From contig CM035354.1 in the NCBI GenBank assembly GCA_020137815.1, positions 6,324,001 through 6,388,000 on the forward strand: DNA of 64,000 nucleotides. The letters are read 5' to 3'. The notes beneath the pieces were generated by a model, which had not been told where the DNA came from, did no database searches, and saw nothing but the letters and a program-made list of their open reading frames with translations. Every line of letters starts with the position of its first letter. The stretch's first letter is position 1. Below are positions 36,567 through 49,400 of this stretch, piece by piece. The stretch comes from Hormiphora californensis (Eukaryota > Animalia > Ctenophora). A program made the translations under genes and the position numbers.

Positions 36567-39019
36567 ATGAAGGTAAGTTAACGTAAATTTAAATTAGCTT
36601 AAACGATCATGCCCCTGCCTAGGGGTTGTCTGTAATCACATGTTCACATATTGACTAGACGCGATAGGTTCTGTCGAGATTTCAAATGTCCTTGCTAAAC
36701 GAATGGTCACTAGTGTTCCGGCCCTATCTTTCCACTAGCGGCAAAGGTTTCCTTATGGCGTATTAAATCTGGGTTGGTAATGAAGGATCACTGGGCCCTA
36801 TTGCACGGATGCTACTCCAGTCTAAATGTCCCATTTGCTCTAGAAGATTGGCTTATGACTACTGGTTCTGTGCCTTTATCCCCTTCAGTTGTTTTTATGA
36901 CTGAAGGCTACAGCAGGCGCTAAACTAACTGACTTCCTAATACTTACCTGTATTTTACAGTGCTGAGTTTCGCTGATTTCGAACATAATCAATTCCTAAT
37001 ATTGTGTCCATACAGAAAAGAGACTTAAATTTCTTCCCCACCTGCCATACTTAATCTAGCTAGGAATATTGACCCGTAGTGGGTCTGATAATAACAAAAA
37101 TCCACACTAGTTAAATCTGATTTAAGATTATTCATCCGTTGGGATCCCTGTAACTGCAATCAAACACTATGATGGTGAACTAGAGATAGTGAAGTAGCGA
37201 ACTATCAATAGTTTCTCTAGTACACCATCATAGTTATCGTATTTAATGTCCTCTCTTCTAACACCTGTATCATCCCCTCAGTTGAATATCGCATACCCGG
37301 CTACCGGCTGCCAAAAGCTGCTCAAGATTGACGACGAGAAGATTCTGTAAGTGTCCCAATTCCTTTCCTCCACTTAATCTATAACGGTGACAACTGTATG
37401 TCTAACTAATAACTGATTCATTTCTGTGCCTTTATCCCCTTCAGTTGTTTTTATGACTGAGGGCTACAGCAGGCGCTACACTAACTGACTTCCTAATACT
37501 TGCCTGTATTTTACAGTGCTGAGTTTCGCTGATTTCGAACATTAAAATTCTTTTTTACTTGCTTTCTCTCTCTCTCTCTCCCCCCCCCCCCCTTTCTCCA
37601 CCCCTCTCTCCCTACGCCCTCTCATTTGGTATAAATCTATTTTCCCTTACTATCAAAAGTCGTTATGTATTTTATCTATTTTCCTCGTTTTCTCTCCTCT
37701 CCACCGTAGAACTGCCTCTATCCATTCCCGTCCTAACCACTTCACCAATATAATTCACCATTTCTATGATCTTCCCCTCAACTTCTCTCCCCCGACCCCT
37801 ATATCGTGTGAAGCACCCTCGTCCCCAGGGCATGCTCTCACGCACACACACCCTCTGTCTCTCTCAATGAGACATGGTGCTGTGTACAAATCGGAGGCAA
37901 CAGCTTCTGATAGAGCCCCCACCTACCCCTCACGTAGTTTCCCTTCTCAGGAGCGTCTTCTACGACAAGCGAATCTCCCAAGAAGTTCCCGCTGACCGAC
38001 TTGGCGATGAATGGAAGGTACGAAACTGCGCGCACAATGAAAAGTGAATCAGTTCAGCACTCCACTCTGACAATTTCAAGAGAGGGCCGCGCGCGCATTC
38101 CATATGCTCATTCCAAGACCAAGTTTGATTTGTTCAGATAATACTGAACACAATCACGTTCACCGGTCTGTTTCGAATCACCTGTCATCCTCTAACCCCC
38201 CTCTCTTGTGCAGGGATACATCCTAAAGATTACCGGAGGAAACGATCTCCAGGGATTCTGCATGATGCAGGGAGTCCTCTGTAACATCAGGGTCAGGCTG
38301 CTCTTCAAGGACGGTATGCCCAACTACAGAATGAAGAGGAAAGGTGTCCGAAAGAGGAAGTCTGTCAGGGGATGCATCGTTGATTCTCAGCTTAGGTGGG
38401 TAAAAATGACAGGGAATTTTGCGCCTTTATCCCCTTCAGTTGTTTTTATGATTGAAGGCTACAGCAGGTGCAATATTAACTGACTTCCTAATACTTACCT
38501 GTATTTTACAGTGCTGAGTTTCGCTGATTTCGAACATTATTAACTCGCAAGACACTTCTGTCTTCCATCCTTTTTCTGTCAGTACATCCATCTAACCCCC
38601 TTCTCTCTCCCGCCAGTGTTCTCGATTTGGTTGTTGTGAAGAAGGGAGATAACGAGATTCCCGGACTTACCGACACCACCGCCCCCCGACGTCTCGGACC
38701 CAAGAGGGTTGGAAAGATCAGGAAGCTGTTCGCTCTCTCCAAGGAGGATGATGTCCGACAATACGTTGTCCACCGACCTCTGCCCGAGAAGGAGGGAAGG
38801 AAGCCCAAATCCAAGGCACCCAAGATCCAGAGGCTCGTTACCCCTGTCCGAATCCAGAGGAAGAGGAGGGTTATTGCTGAGAGGAGGCAGCGAACTGAGA
38901 AGAACAGGGTTGATGCTGCTGCCTATGCTAAGCTGCTCGCCCAGAGGCAGAAGGAGAAGCGACAGGCCATCCTTTCCAGGCGACGATCGAGCAACCGAAC
39001 CTCTACTTCTTCCGCTTAA
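36567..39019 (+). CDS. RPS6: 40S ribosomal protein S6 (5 exons)
   Basis: ATGAAG|gt micro-exon, [67 protein letters not shown]-terminal Ser cluster. Confidence 0.98.
36869..36988 (+). ncRNA. H/ACA box snoRNA, copy 1 (RPS6 intron 1)
   Basis: Hairpin, H box AAACTA, hairpin, ACA-NNN; the 3' pocket CTAAT/TTCGCT is complementary to 28S AGCGAAUGAUUAG. Confidence 0.85.
37425..37544 (+). ncRNA. H/ACA box snoRNA, copy 2 (RPS6 intron 2)
   Basis: Near-identical to copy 1; H box ACACTA. Confidence 0.85.
38420..38539 (+). ncRNA. H/ACA box snoRNA, copy 3 (RPS6 intron 4)
   Basis: Near-identical to copy 1; H box ATATTA; substitutions preserve pairing. Confidence 0.85.
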
Positions 39020-39366
39020 TTTATTATTGCGATTTTGAAGTTTTTATTTACCAGATCATGAGTTTAATTTTGTGAAAAATTGTGAAAAAGGTTTCCTGAG
39101 GGAGGCTATTCATCGAGATGGAGGAAGACCCCTTATGACGTCATTTTAACACGCGCAATTCAAATGCCGCGCACAAAATTAGCTTACCCGTGCGCGCTCG
39201 AATATTTTAAAATCGTCGTGAACGTGATCTGAACTTTCACCAAAAACTTTTGGATTTTCAGTTCCAGATTTTAAATCGACCGTTCTGCTTCACCCCTCCT
39301 CGAATTGTAGGGATTAAAGGTGTTGTCTGCATCTTAGAGTATCAACAAAACTGTTCTCCGACAGTC

Positions 39367-39984
39367 ATGCAACTTTTGCTGACTGAACAGCTCAGGGAGT
39401 TCCTCCTGGACAATTCTGACTACCTTGTTAAGGATCCTAGCACCACCCACATTGAATATGCGGACCTCAAGAGAGTCTGGAAACAAAATACCCCTGATAT
39501 TTCATTCTACAGCCTTCTCAGGGGAACAGAACTCACATGGAAGACGTTGTATCCGAAACAAAAAGAGAAAACTCCAGAAGAAATGGAAAAATATCAGAAT
39601 AAGCTCCGAAAACTGGAGTACAGTCAGCTCACAAAGAATATGGAGAAGAAAGATGATGGATTCTTTGGGGTAAGCATACGGATTTGTCGATCTTGAGAAG
39701 CGACATCAGTTCACGACAAACAGACAGAAAGACAGACAATCGACCGACTGCGGACTGCCGGACAGACAACAGATCCTCTGACAGTATATTTCCTCCAGGG
39801 ATCGCACAAGCGGGAAATCAGCACTGTGGCGAACTGTTTAGTAACGGTGGTGGGGATGTTTATAGCATTCTACGCAATGACCAGCTCAATCGGGTGCAAA
39901 CCTGTTACGTGCATTTGTTCAGGACTAACTGCTGCGCTTGTTATTAGTGTTGTTGAACTTTACTACCTCCTTAGATCTATATAA
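39367..39984 (+). CDS. TMEM199: V-ATPase assembly factor TMEM199/Vma12-like (exons 39367-39669, 39799-39984)
   Basis: SLLRGTEL...PEE...LEYSQLTKN, followed by two TM helices ending VVELYYLLR. Confidence 0.8.
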
Positions 39985-40350
39985 TTTATTACTTTTATCG
40001 TATATTGAAATGTAATCCAATTTTTACATGTTTCTGTGTGTGTGTGTGTGAATTCAATCTTTTGAAACTTCAGTCTTTAATTTGATTAAAGTTCTTTAAC
40101 CCCGACCTTGTTTTGTGACCTCATCACGATCTATTATTTGTTCCAATTTCCACCGATCTAGATATGTGAGACACAGGCTATGTGATGTGAGAGGATCACG
40201 TAACAATGACTACTCTCCGTAGGAACTTGTAAGTAGCGGGCCTACACAAACATACACACATCCCGCCTCCAGAACTATTTCTCAAACATATATAAACTGT
40301 CGATAGGAAGATAATTTTACGGACAATATAGGTTTGTTTCTCTCTCTTAA

Positions 40351-40800
40351 AGGTTGACAAGATACCTAAAACTTTTCGTATATCGTCTTATTTTGATTTA
40401 TCATTAATTTTCAGCATTTTTTCAGAATTTTTTGTCGGCTAGAAATATATGCAAAATAGGGGGTCTACTGACAAATGAGTGTGCCTTTTTTAAAATTGAT
40501 ACCGTAATATCTCCGGTTCCTGATGAGATACAGAAACCGTTTTGGTAGCGTTGGAAAGGTCTTATTGAGAACAATCCAACGCAACCAAGATCAAGTCTTT
40601 ATCTTTTGAGGAACCGGAAACGTGAATTTCAATTTGCGAGACGCAGTGAGTGTGCCCAGTAAAACCAGTGCTGACAATATCGGTAGACCCCCTATTTCGA
40701 ATTTTTTTCTAGCCGACAAAAAATTCTGAAAAAATGCTGAAAATTAATGATAAATCAAAATAAGACGATATAAGAAAAGTTTTAGGTATCTTGTCAACCT
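40351..40800. mobile_element. Kolobok-like MITE
   Basis: ttaa|AGGTTGACAAGATACC...GGTATCTTGTCAACCT|ttaa, ~115-bp TIR. Confidence 0.9.
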
Positions 40801-41079
40801 TTAAGGCACCAGTTAGAGATTCCCAGGCATCAGTTCCCAAGCACGGCAGTTGCCAAGGTCGGCAAGCAAGTGAGTGCTGACGTGCGCGTTAGCTCCACTT
40901 TCCATACAATTTACGTCACGCGCAGCAGTGTCACATGGTTCCCACAGAACCATCTGCACATGATGGCCGGGCATGCAGGAACGCGCCGTGCCCTGATATC
41001 AGGGAGCGTCCCCCTGGTATCAGGGGGACGCTGGTGTAACTGGTGTGTTATTTGCTCCCAACTTTCCACGAAACTAAAA

Positions 41080-43109
41080 ATGAACCTCACCAGGAAGAAC
41101 ACGGTCAATAACTACTCGGACGTGCAATGTAAGGTGAGAGAAGCAACTTGCAATGAACCATGGGGACCTGCCACCACCCTTATGACAGAAATCTCTGATG
41201 CAACATATGCTGTGTAAGTTTGAACAAGTTAAGGCAATAATTTCGTACTCAGTGTAAATAATACAAGCAGTGCACGTGTGACAGTTATATTGGATATACC
41301 GTGCAGAAAGAGAAGAGAAGAAGAGAGAGATAGAGATAGACAAAGAGAGAGGGATAGAGAGAGATACATGCTACATTAGATTAGTTGTGGCCTGTAATAT
41401 CACACTAAGTTACATGTCGAATTGTTGACTGACCTACATCAATCATCATCACATCTTGTGTACATTCTTCCAACACTCTTTAGAACTTTTAGAACTCTCA
41501 CTAGCGTTCATGTAACTCTGAGCATCTTGTAGTTATCTAGTATATGATGTAGTAAACTATTATAATAGAGCAGTGAGCCATGTCAGACAATAGTAGAAAT
41601 GTTTGTTTATTGCATGCCTAGAGAACTGCAGTACACAGCTAAACACACACCCAGAAGGAAGGGCGGGTTGCTTCAGCTTGAACTAATTATCCATTAGAGT
41701 AATGTACAGTTCTATCTAGATCCACATTATATTATCAATTAGATGACATATTACTAAACACATTATAGTAAACAGTATGTATTATTCTGCAAACACAGGG
41801 TGTGTCACATGTACAACTGTCAGTGTGTACTGTGTGTGTTAGTTCCTGCTGACCAATTATAAGGGAGTATTAGATGATCACAATTGTACAACCTGAACAC
41901 ACACAGATGTGTGCTTTTGTCTAGCTAAATAATATACACTATATGGTATGGTAACCAGAGTCGAGTTGTGTGTGTATGTGACCACTTATTGACTGCAAAG
42001 TTATTTGTGGGAATGTGTGAGATATTGTTTGTGTGTGTGCAGTAGGGCGTGACACAATGTGTGTATCTATGAACAGAGAGCTATAATAACAGGTTGTTAC
42101 ACTTTGTAGGTTTCACAATTCAATGCAGATGATTCCTACACGCTAGATACACACACTAACATATCACATAATAATTGCAGTGTTCATGAATCATGGTGCC
42201 GTTCAGTCATATCATACATTCTCAAAGCCTTGGGACAGTACATGGTTGCTTGTCCCTAATCAAATCAGTGTATCTAATACAGCTGCTTTTCAGTGTCGAG
42301 TTTGCCGAGATAATGTCTGTGTTATGGAAGCGACTAAATGATCACGGGAAAAACTGGAGACATGTATACAAGGTATCTTAGAAGGAAGAGTGATATTGAA
42401 TTACATGAATTACATTAGAATTCTGTGTTTCACATAATACTCACCCTCTCATTTTACTCAGCGATACCCCAACTTCCAACTACCCCTCAGGCCCTGCTAG
42501 TGATGGATTTCATTATTAAACGAGGCTCTGAAAGGGTAGCTCAGCAGTGCAAGGAACAGATCTACTTTCTTCTAACGCTTCAAGATTTCAGGTAGTTATT
42601 TTTAGATGAAAATGATGCACTCTACCGAAATACAAACAGCTGTTTCTAAGCTGTTAGTCCTCTCCCGCCCCTTCATAGTCCCTCTCCATCCCTCCCTGGC
42701 CCCTTCATAGTCCCTCTTTCCCTGGTCCCTCCATCTCCCAGCTCACTACCTCCCTGGCCCCCTCACAGTCCCCCTCTCTCTCTCCCTCCCTGCTACATGT
42801 TATATCTAGCTGGTTTCCTTCCACACAGGTTCATTGATAAAGACGGAAAAGATGTTGGCGGGAGTGGTAAGTAACATGACAGTAGGGGTTTGTTTTTGGA
42901 CTGTTGTTTGTTTGTTTGTGATTGCTGCGTCTGGAGGATGACCTGTTTTGGGCTGTTTTCAATAACGTCATGTATTACATGACTTTTACGTAGATGTAAG
43001 ATTATATCTCTACTCATATTCCTACGCTAGCTTTTAAACTGACAGCCTGTCATTACACACTTTTTAGTCTGGATACACACAGTATCTCTCTTTCTTTCTC
43101 TCTCTATCC

Positions 43110-43165
<56 letters not shown>

Positions 43166-45496
43166 CTCAGCTCTATTTGTCTCTACTCCCTCTCTCCATT
43201 TCCAGAGAATGATCATGATTAAGACCTCATATCAATGTATTTAGTCATTATTTAGTCATTATCATGATTATGAAAGTATGCTGCATTGCGATGTTACAAC
43301 AAGAATACTATTGTACCGGGTGTGTTTTGTCCTATTACGTAACACGTTTAGTGTTTGTTGCAGGGCGGTGGTGCTGCAGTCGTGTCTCCAAATGTCACAC
43401 TCACTTCTCCCTAATATATCGCCGACCCGGTAATCGCGCCGAACGAAGTTATCCTTTCGAAAGTTAGCAGTTGTCAGTGTCGACCTTGGCTCAAATGCGC
43501 GCAGCAGTCTTCCAGCAGCAGCTGCAGAGTTTTCCCAAAACTGCAGCAGCAAGAGTGCTGCCAGTCCTTGTCAAAGCTGATAACTTGACCCCCAGACCCA
43601 CTCACCCCCATGTCCTCCTCCCCTCAGTGAGAGAGAAAGCACGGCAGTTGGTTGCTCTACTTAAAGACGAAGAGCGGCTCAAAATGGAGAGAAAATCTGC
43701 CCTTCAGGCGAAAGAACGGTTCGCTCAAAATAGTGTTGGGATTGGCTCTGCAGGGAGCAAACCACCAAAAGCATCAACCCTAGCCAGGTTTGTGGATAAA
43801 ATCCTATAAAAGACCATCCTGTGATATTGATCAGAACCCAAACCATTTAGTCCCCCCCCCCCACTTACTATCCCTAATCCCACAACCCCCAATAGGTTTA
43901 CAAGTGGTAGGGCGAGTTCCAGTACCCAACAACAGCACCTCCACACCTCTCCATCCTCCTCCTCACAGCAGCCTGGACCCTCAGAACCACGGCTCAGTGA
44001 TGCCATGGAGAAAGCGAGGCCCTCGGATAGGGACGAAGAGGCGTTGCAGATCGAGTTAGCTCTGGCAATCTCCAAAGAAGAGGCGGACAAAGAGTAAGTA
44101 GTTAGTAGAGTTTGTAGGATTTGTGTCCCAAGATACCTCGATTTTATGTGTGTGGCTTTACCCCCATCTGTGGGGGCGTGTGTTTGAATTTAGTTGTGTA
44201 AGCTTGTACATCTGTAAACTAACTCTCTTTTGCTATACAACCCTTTACATCATTATGAATTCATCAACTAGAAACTTCCTTTCTAGAAAGCAACAAGACG
44301 ACGCTGATATTCGAGCAACACTGGAGCGAAGCAGGACAGAAGCCCAAATAGAGCAGCCGACACTGTTGTCCCTGTCCCGACAGGCCCCTCCGCCTCCCCC
44401 ACCCCCGACCTACAAGGACGCATTGGACCCCTGGGGCATGCCCGTATCGGATCCACCTACTAACGATCCCTGGGGTGGAACACCCTCTTCATCGTCATGG
44501 CAACAACAACAACAACCAGAACCGGTATACACCCAACCAGCAGCCTACACTCAGCCGTCTTTGTTGGATACCTCTCTGGACAATGTCATTGCACCAGCTG
44601 GAGTGGAGAGTAGTGGTGGTCCGGTACTGGATCTGTTGTCTGATCCCTGGATGAATGGGAACACTGGAAATGTGAACACTAATAGTGGTGGTCTTCTACA
44701 ACCCTCCAACAGGTATAACTTTTGCCTCGACCTTCTTTGTCTTGCTTGGCCCTGTTTCACCATAGACCATAAAATGTAAAACTGACGATGAATATGTAGT
44801 ATAACGTTTTACCTTGTCTTGCTCTTCCCGCCCTCACCGTCTCTATTTATTACTAAATATCTTCCCTAATTTCAGTAACATGGCGGGTGGAGGACAGATG
44901 GACCTACTAGCAACAGGAATGCACGACTTTGATCCATTTTCACCTCAAGGAGGAGGGGGTGAGGTGCCGCTCCATATGGCAGGTGGTGTCTCATCATCAC
45001 CATCAAAACCCTTGACTCTCCCCTACAAGATGAACACGATCCTAGATACCCGGGCTAAACAGCTGGTTAACATTGATAATCTCATCTCTAATCCGAGTCC
45101 TGCTGGGTGAGTGCAGGGTGTTCTTTTGTTCTTGACCCCAAATCCCAATCTTGATTTATTTTAACCCGAGCTCTATTTGAGAAGTGCAGGGTGTTCTTTT
45201 GATCTGATCTCTATCTCAATCAGAGTGGGTGTCGGGTGATCTGATTAGAATAACCATCTTTCTAACCACCTTTCAGAACGGGCAACACGAACCCATTCGG
45301 ACCAGCCTCCTCCACCACCTCTCGTCCGGCCCCAACTGCCGGATCGGTGTTTAGTGGGACAAGTACTAACCCCTTCCTGAACACCAACACGGCAGCTCCA
45401 ACACCGTCACTTAATCAACTCCGAGAATCGGGGACCGGGGGAGGGTCTAATGGTAGCAGCCCCATACCACCAACTGCAACCAATCCGTTTTGTTAG
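41080..45496 (+). CDS. Epsin (ENTH, UIM, DPW and NPF motifs; about 9 exons)
   Basis: [69 protein letters not shown], three DPW and three NPF motifs. Confidence 0.95.
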
Positions 45497-45754
45497 ATAT
45501 ATATTCTCTCAGTTTTGTATATCTCATCGTTTTTTATTATTTTAGGAATATATATGTACTGCTATATATATATCTGATATACATATTACATGTCTTGGTG
45601 TGAGAGTGAGAGAAATAGAGTCTGAGACTACAGTGAAAAAAGGACAGTTTTTGGTGTATATTGTTCCCAGCTTGTAGGGTGTGAGCAGTTAATAAATTCA
45701 AACAAGTTGCTGAAGTCCAAACTACTAGAGTGTTATGTGAGACAGTTATATTCA

Positions 45755-45812
45755 CTGTCTGGCGGCGCCGACCCCGTTTTGATTTTCAGATGGGGTCGGC
45801 GCCGTCAGACAG
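45755..45812. repeat. 58-bp hairpin repeat (family B)
   Basis: CTGTCTGGCGGCGCCGACCCC-loop-GGGGTCGGCGCCGTCAGACAG. Confidence 0.85.
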
Positions 45813-45834
45813 CCTGATGATGTAGCACAACTAA

Positions 45835-46152
45835 AGTCGGATTTTTTTAATTTGTCACCCCCAAATGCATGTGCATGTGAAATTTATCAAATCTCACACG
45901 CACACCACAATGATGTGACGAGCCCACGAGAAGGGGGTGACAAATTCAAAAAATCCGACTTTAACCCTTCAACAACAACAAGGAGAGACTCTCCCCTGAT
46001 ATTTACAAGGTGCTAGTTGAGAAATTTGTGTGATTTATATAGACGTAAGAAAAATATCTTGTGCAAACATTGGTCATCTAACGTGTTTAATATTTGTTCA
46101 AAAAAAGTAAAATCTCAATCAAATGGTGTTCCCAATGATGGTCTGTTGAAGG
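45835..46152. mobile_element. Two adjacent small TTAA-type MITEs sharing one TTAA (45961-45964)
   Basis: AGTCGGATTTTTT..AAAAAATCCGACT|ttaa|CCCTTCAAC...GTTGAAGG. Confidence 0.6.
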
Positions 46153-46429
46153 CCTAATCTAAGCCTGTCTGTCGCCTGTTTTGATTCTCAAAACGGGCGA
46201 CAGTGCGCTCATATCGGGTCAGCGCCGCCAGAAACATCTGAGCTCATTGTTTTGACCAAATCAAGACTCGGTCTGCAGACGGCGGCGCATTGTCTTTTGG
46301 AACCCAACAAATTGAGATTTTACTGTTCGGAGTTTGCAGAAATATCCCCACTTTGACTTACTTAGGGCGGATTCCACGTGTGGTATTTCCGAACTCCATG
46401 GATATATCCCCAGGCGGAAATCAAATAGT

Positions 46430-49400
46430 ATTGACCCACCTAATCTCTAAGAAACTTTCCCACGTTAACTCACCTAATCTATAAGAAGCTTTCCCACTAT
46501 GACTCCTCACCTAATCTCTAAGAAACTTTCCCACTTTGACTCACCTGATCTCTAAGAAACTTTCCCACTATGACTCCTCACCTGATCTCTAAGAAACTTT
46601 CCCACTTTCGCTCACCTGATCTCTAAGAAATTTTCACTTTGACCCACCTAATCTCTAAGAAACTTTCCCACGTTAACTCACCTAATCTATAAGAAGCTTT
46701 CCCACTATGACTCCTCACCTAATCTCTAAGAAACTTTCCCACTTTGACTCACCTAATCTCTAAGAAACTTTCCCACTTTGACTCACCTGATCTCTAAGAA
46801 ACTTTCCCATTTTAACCCTCCTTATCTCTAAGAAACTTTCCCACTTTGACTCACCTAATCTCTAAGAAACTTTCCCACTTTGACTCACCTGATCTCTAAA
46901 AAATTTCCACTTTGACCCACCTTATCTCTTAGAAACTTTCCCACTTTGACCAACCTTATCTCTGAAAAACTTTCCCATTTTAACCCTCCTTATCTCTAAG
47001 AAGTAAGAAACTTTCTCATTTTAACCCAGCTAATCTCTAAGAAATTTTCCCACTTTGACTCACCTGATCTCTAAGAAACATTCCCACTTTGACCAACCTA
47101 ATCTCTAAGAAACTTTCCCACTTTAACCCACCTGATCTCTAAGAAACTTTTCCACTTTGACTCACCTGATCTCTAAGATACTTTCCCACTTTGACTTGGG
47201 CACGTCGCGCCCCCCATGTTCGCGCGCCCGTAGGGCGATCCCCTCACGGCAACACTTTGACTCACCTGATCTCTAAGAAACATTCCCACTTTGACCCACG
47301 TCCCACCTAATCTCTAAGAAACTTTTCCACTTTGACTCACCTAATCTCTGAGAAACTTTGCCACTTTGTCTCGCCTAATCTCTAAGAAACTTTCCCACTT
47401 TGACTCACCTTATCTCTAAGAAACTTTTTCACTTTGACTCACCTAATCTCTAAGAAACTTTCCCACTTTGACCAACCTTATCTCTAAGAAGCTTTCCCAT
47501 TTTAACCCTCCTTATCTCTAAGAAACTTTCCCACTTTGACTCACCTAATCTCTAAGAAACTTTCCCACTTTGACCAACCTTATCTCTAAGAAACTTTCCC
47601 ATTTTAACCCTCCTTACCTCTAAGAAACTTTCCCACTTTGACTCACCTAATCTCTAAGAAACTTTCCCACTTTGACCCACCTAATCTCTAAGAAACTTTC
47701 CCACTTTGACTCACCTGATCTCTAAGAAATTTTCACTTTGACCCACCTTATCTCTAAGAAACTTTCCCACTTTGACTCACCTGATCTCTAAGAAACTTTC
47801 CCACTTTGACTCACCTGATCTCTAAGAAACTTTTCCACTTTGACTCACCTGATCTCTAAGAAACTTTACCGCTTTCACTCACCTGATCTCTAAGAAATTT
47901 TCACTTTGACCCACCTTATCTCTAAGAAACTTTCCCACTTTGATTCACCTGATCTCTATGAAATTTTCCACTTTGACTCACCTGATCTCTAAGAAACTTT
48001 CCCATTTTAACCCTCCTTATCTCTAAGAAACTTTCCCACTTTGACTCACCTAATCTCTAAGAAACTTTCCCACTTTGACTCACCTGATCTCTAAGAAACT
48101 TTTTCACTTTGACTCACCTAATCTCTAAGAAACTTTCCCACTTTGACCAACCTTATCTCTAAGAAGCTTTCCCATTTTAACCCTCCTTATCTCTAAGAAA
48201 CTTTCCCACTTTGACTCACCTAATCTCTAAGAAACTTTCCCACTTTGACTCACCTGATCTCTAAGAAACTTTACCGCTTTCACTCACCTGATCTCTAAGA
48301 AATTTTCACTTTGACCCACCTTATCTCTAAGAAACTTTCCCACTTTGATTCACCTGATCTCTATGAAATTTTCCCACTTTGACTCACCTGATCTCTAAGA
48401 AACTTTCCCATTTTAACCCTCCTTATCTCTAAGAAACTTTCCCACTTTGACTCACCTAATCTCTAAGAAACTTTCCCACTTTGACTCACCTGATCTCTAA
48501 GAAACTTTCCTACTTTGACTCCTCACCTAATCTCGAAGTCTAAGAAACTTTGCCACTTTGACTCACCTGATCTCTAAGAAACATTCCCACTTTGACCAAC
48601 CTAATCTCTAAGAAACTTTCCCATTTTAACCCTCCGTATATTATCTCTAAGAAATATTCCCACTTTGACTCACCTAATCTCTAAAAAACTTTCCTACGTT
48701 GACCCACCTGATCTCTAAGAAACTTTCCCACTTTGATCCACCTTATCTCAAAGAAACTTTCCCACTTTGACTCACCTGATCTTTAAGAAACTTTTCCACT
48801 TTGACTCACCTGATCTCTAAGAAACTTTCCCACTTTGAGTCACCTGATCTCTATGAAACATTCCCACTTTGACTCCCTGATCTCTCAGAAACTTTCCCAC
48901 TTTGACCCACCTTATCTCTAAGAAACTTTTCCACTTTGACTCACCTGATCTCTAAGAAATTTTCCACTTTGAGTCACCTGATCTCTAAGAAACGTTTCCA
49001 CTTTGACTCACCTGATCTCTCAGAAACTTTCCCACTTTGACTCTCCTGATCTCTAAGAAACTTTCCCATTTTAACCCTCCGTATATTATCTCTAAGAAAC
49101 ATTCCCACTTTGACTCACCTAATCTCTAAAAAACTTTCCTACGTTGACCCACCTGATCTCTAAGAAACTTTCCCACTTTGATCCACATTATCTCAAAGAA
49201 ACTTTTCCACTTTGACTCACCTGATCTCTAAGAAACTTTCCCACTTTGAGTCACCTGATCTCTAAGAAACTTTTCCACTTTGACTCACCTGATCTCTAAG
49301 AAACTTTCCCACTTTGAATCACCTGATCTCTAAGAAACATTCCCACTTTGACTCCCTGATCTCTCAGAAACTTTCCCACTTTGACCCACCTGATCTCTAA

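Noticed and set aside
1476-39984. Functional V-ATPase cluster (ATP6V1E plus TMEM199)
   Set aside because: They are 34 kb apart on opposite strands with unrelated genes between them; probably coincidence.
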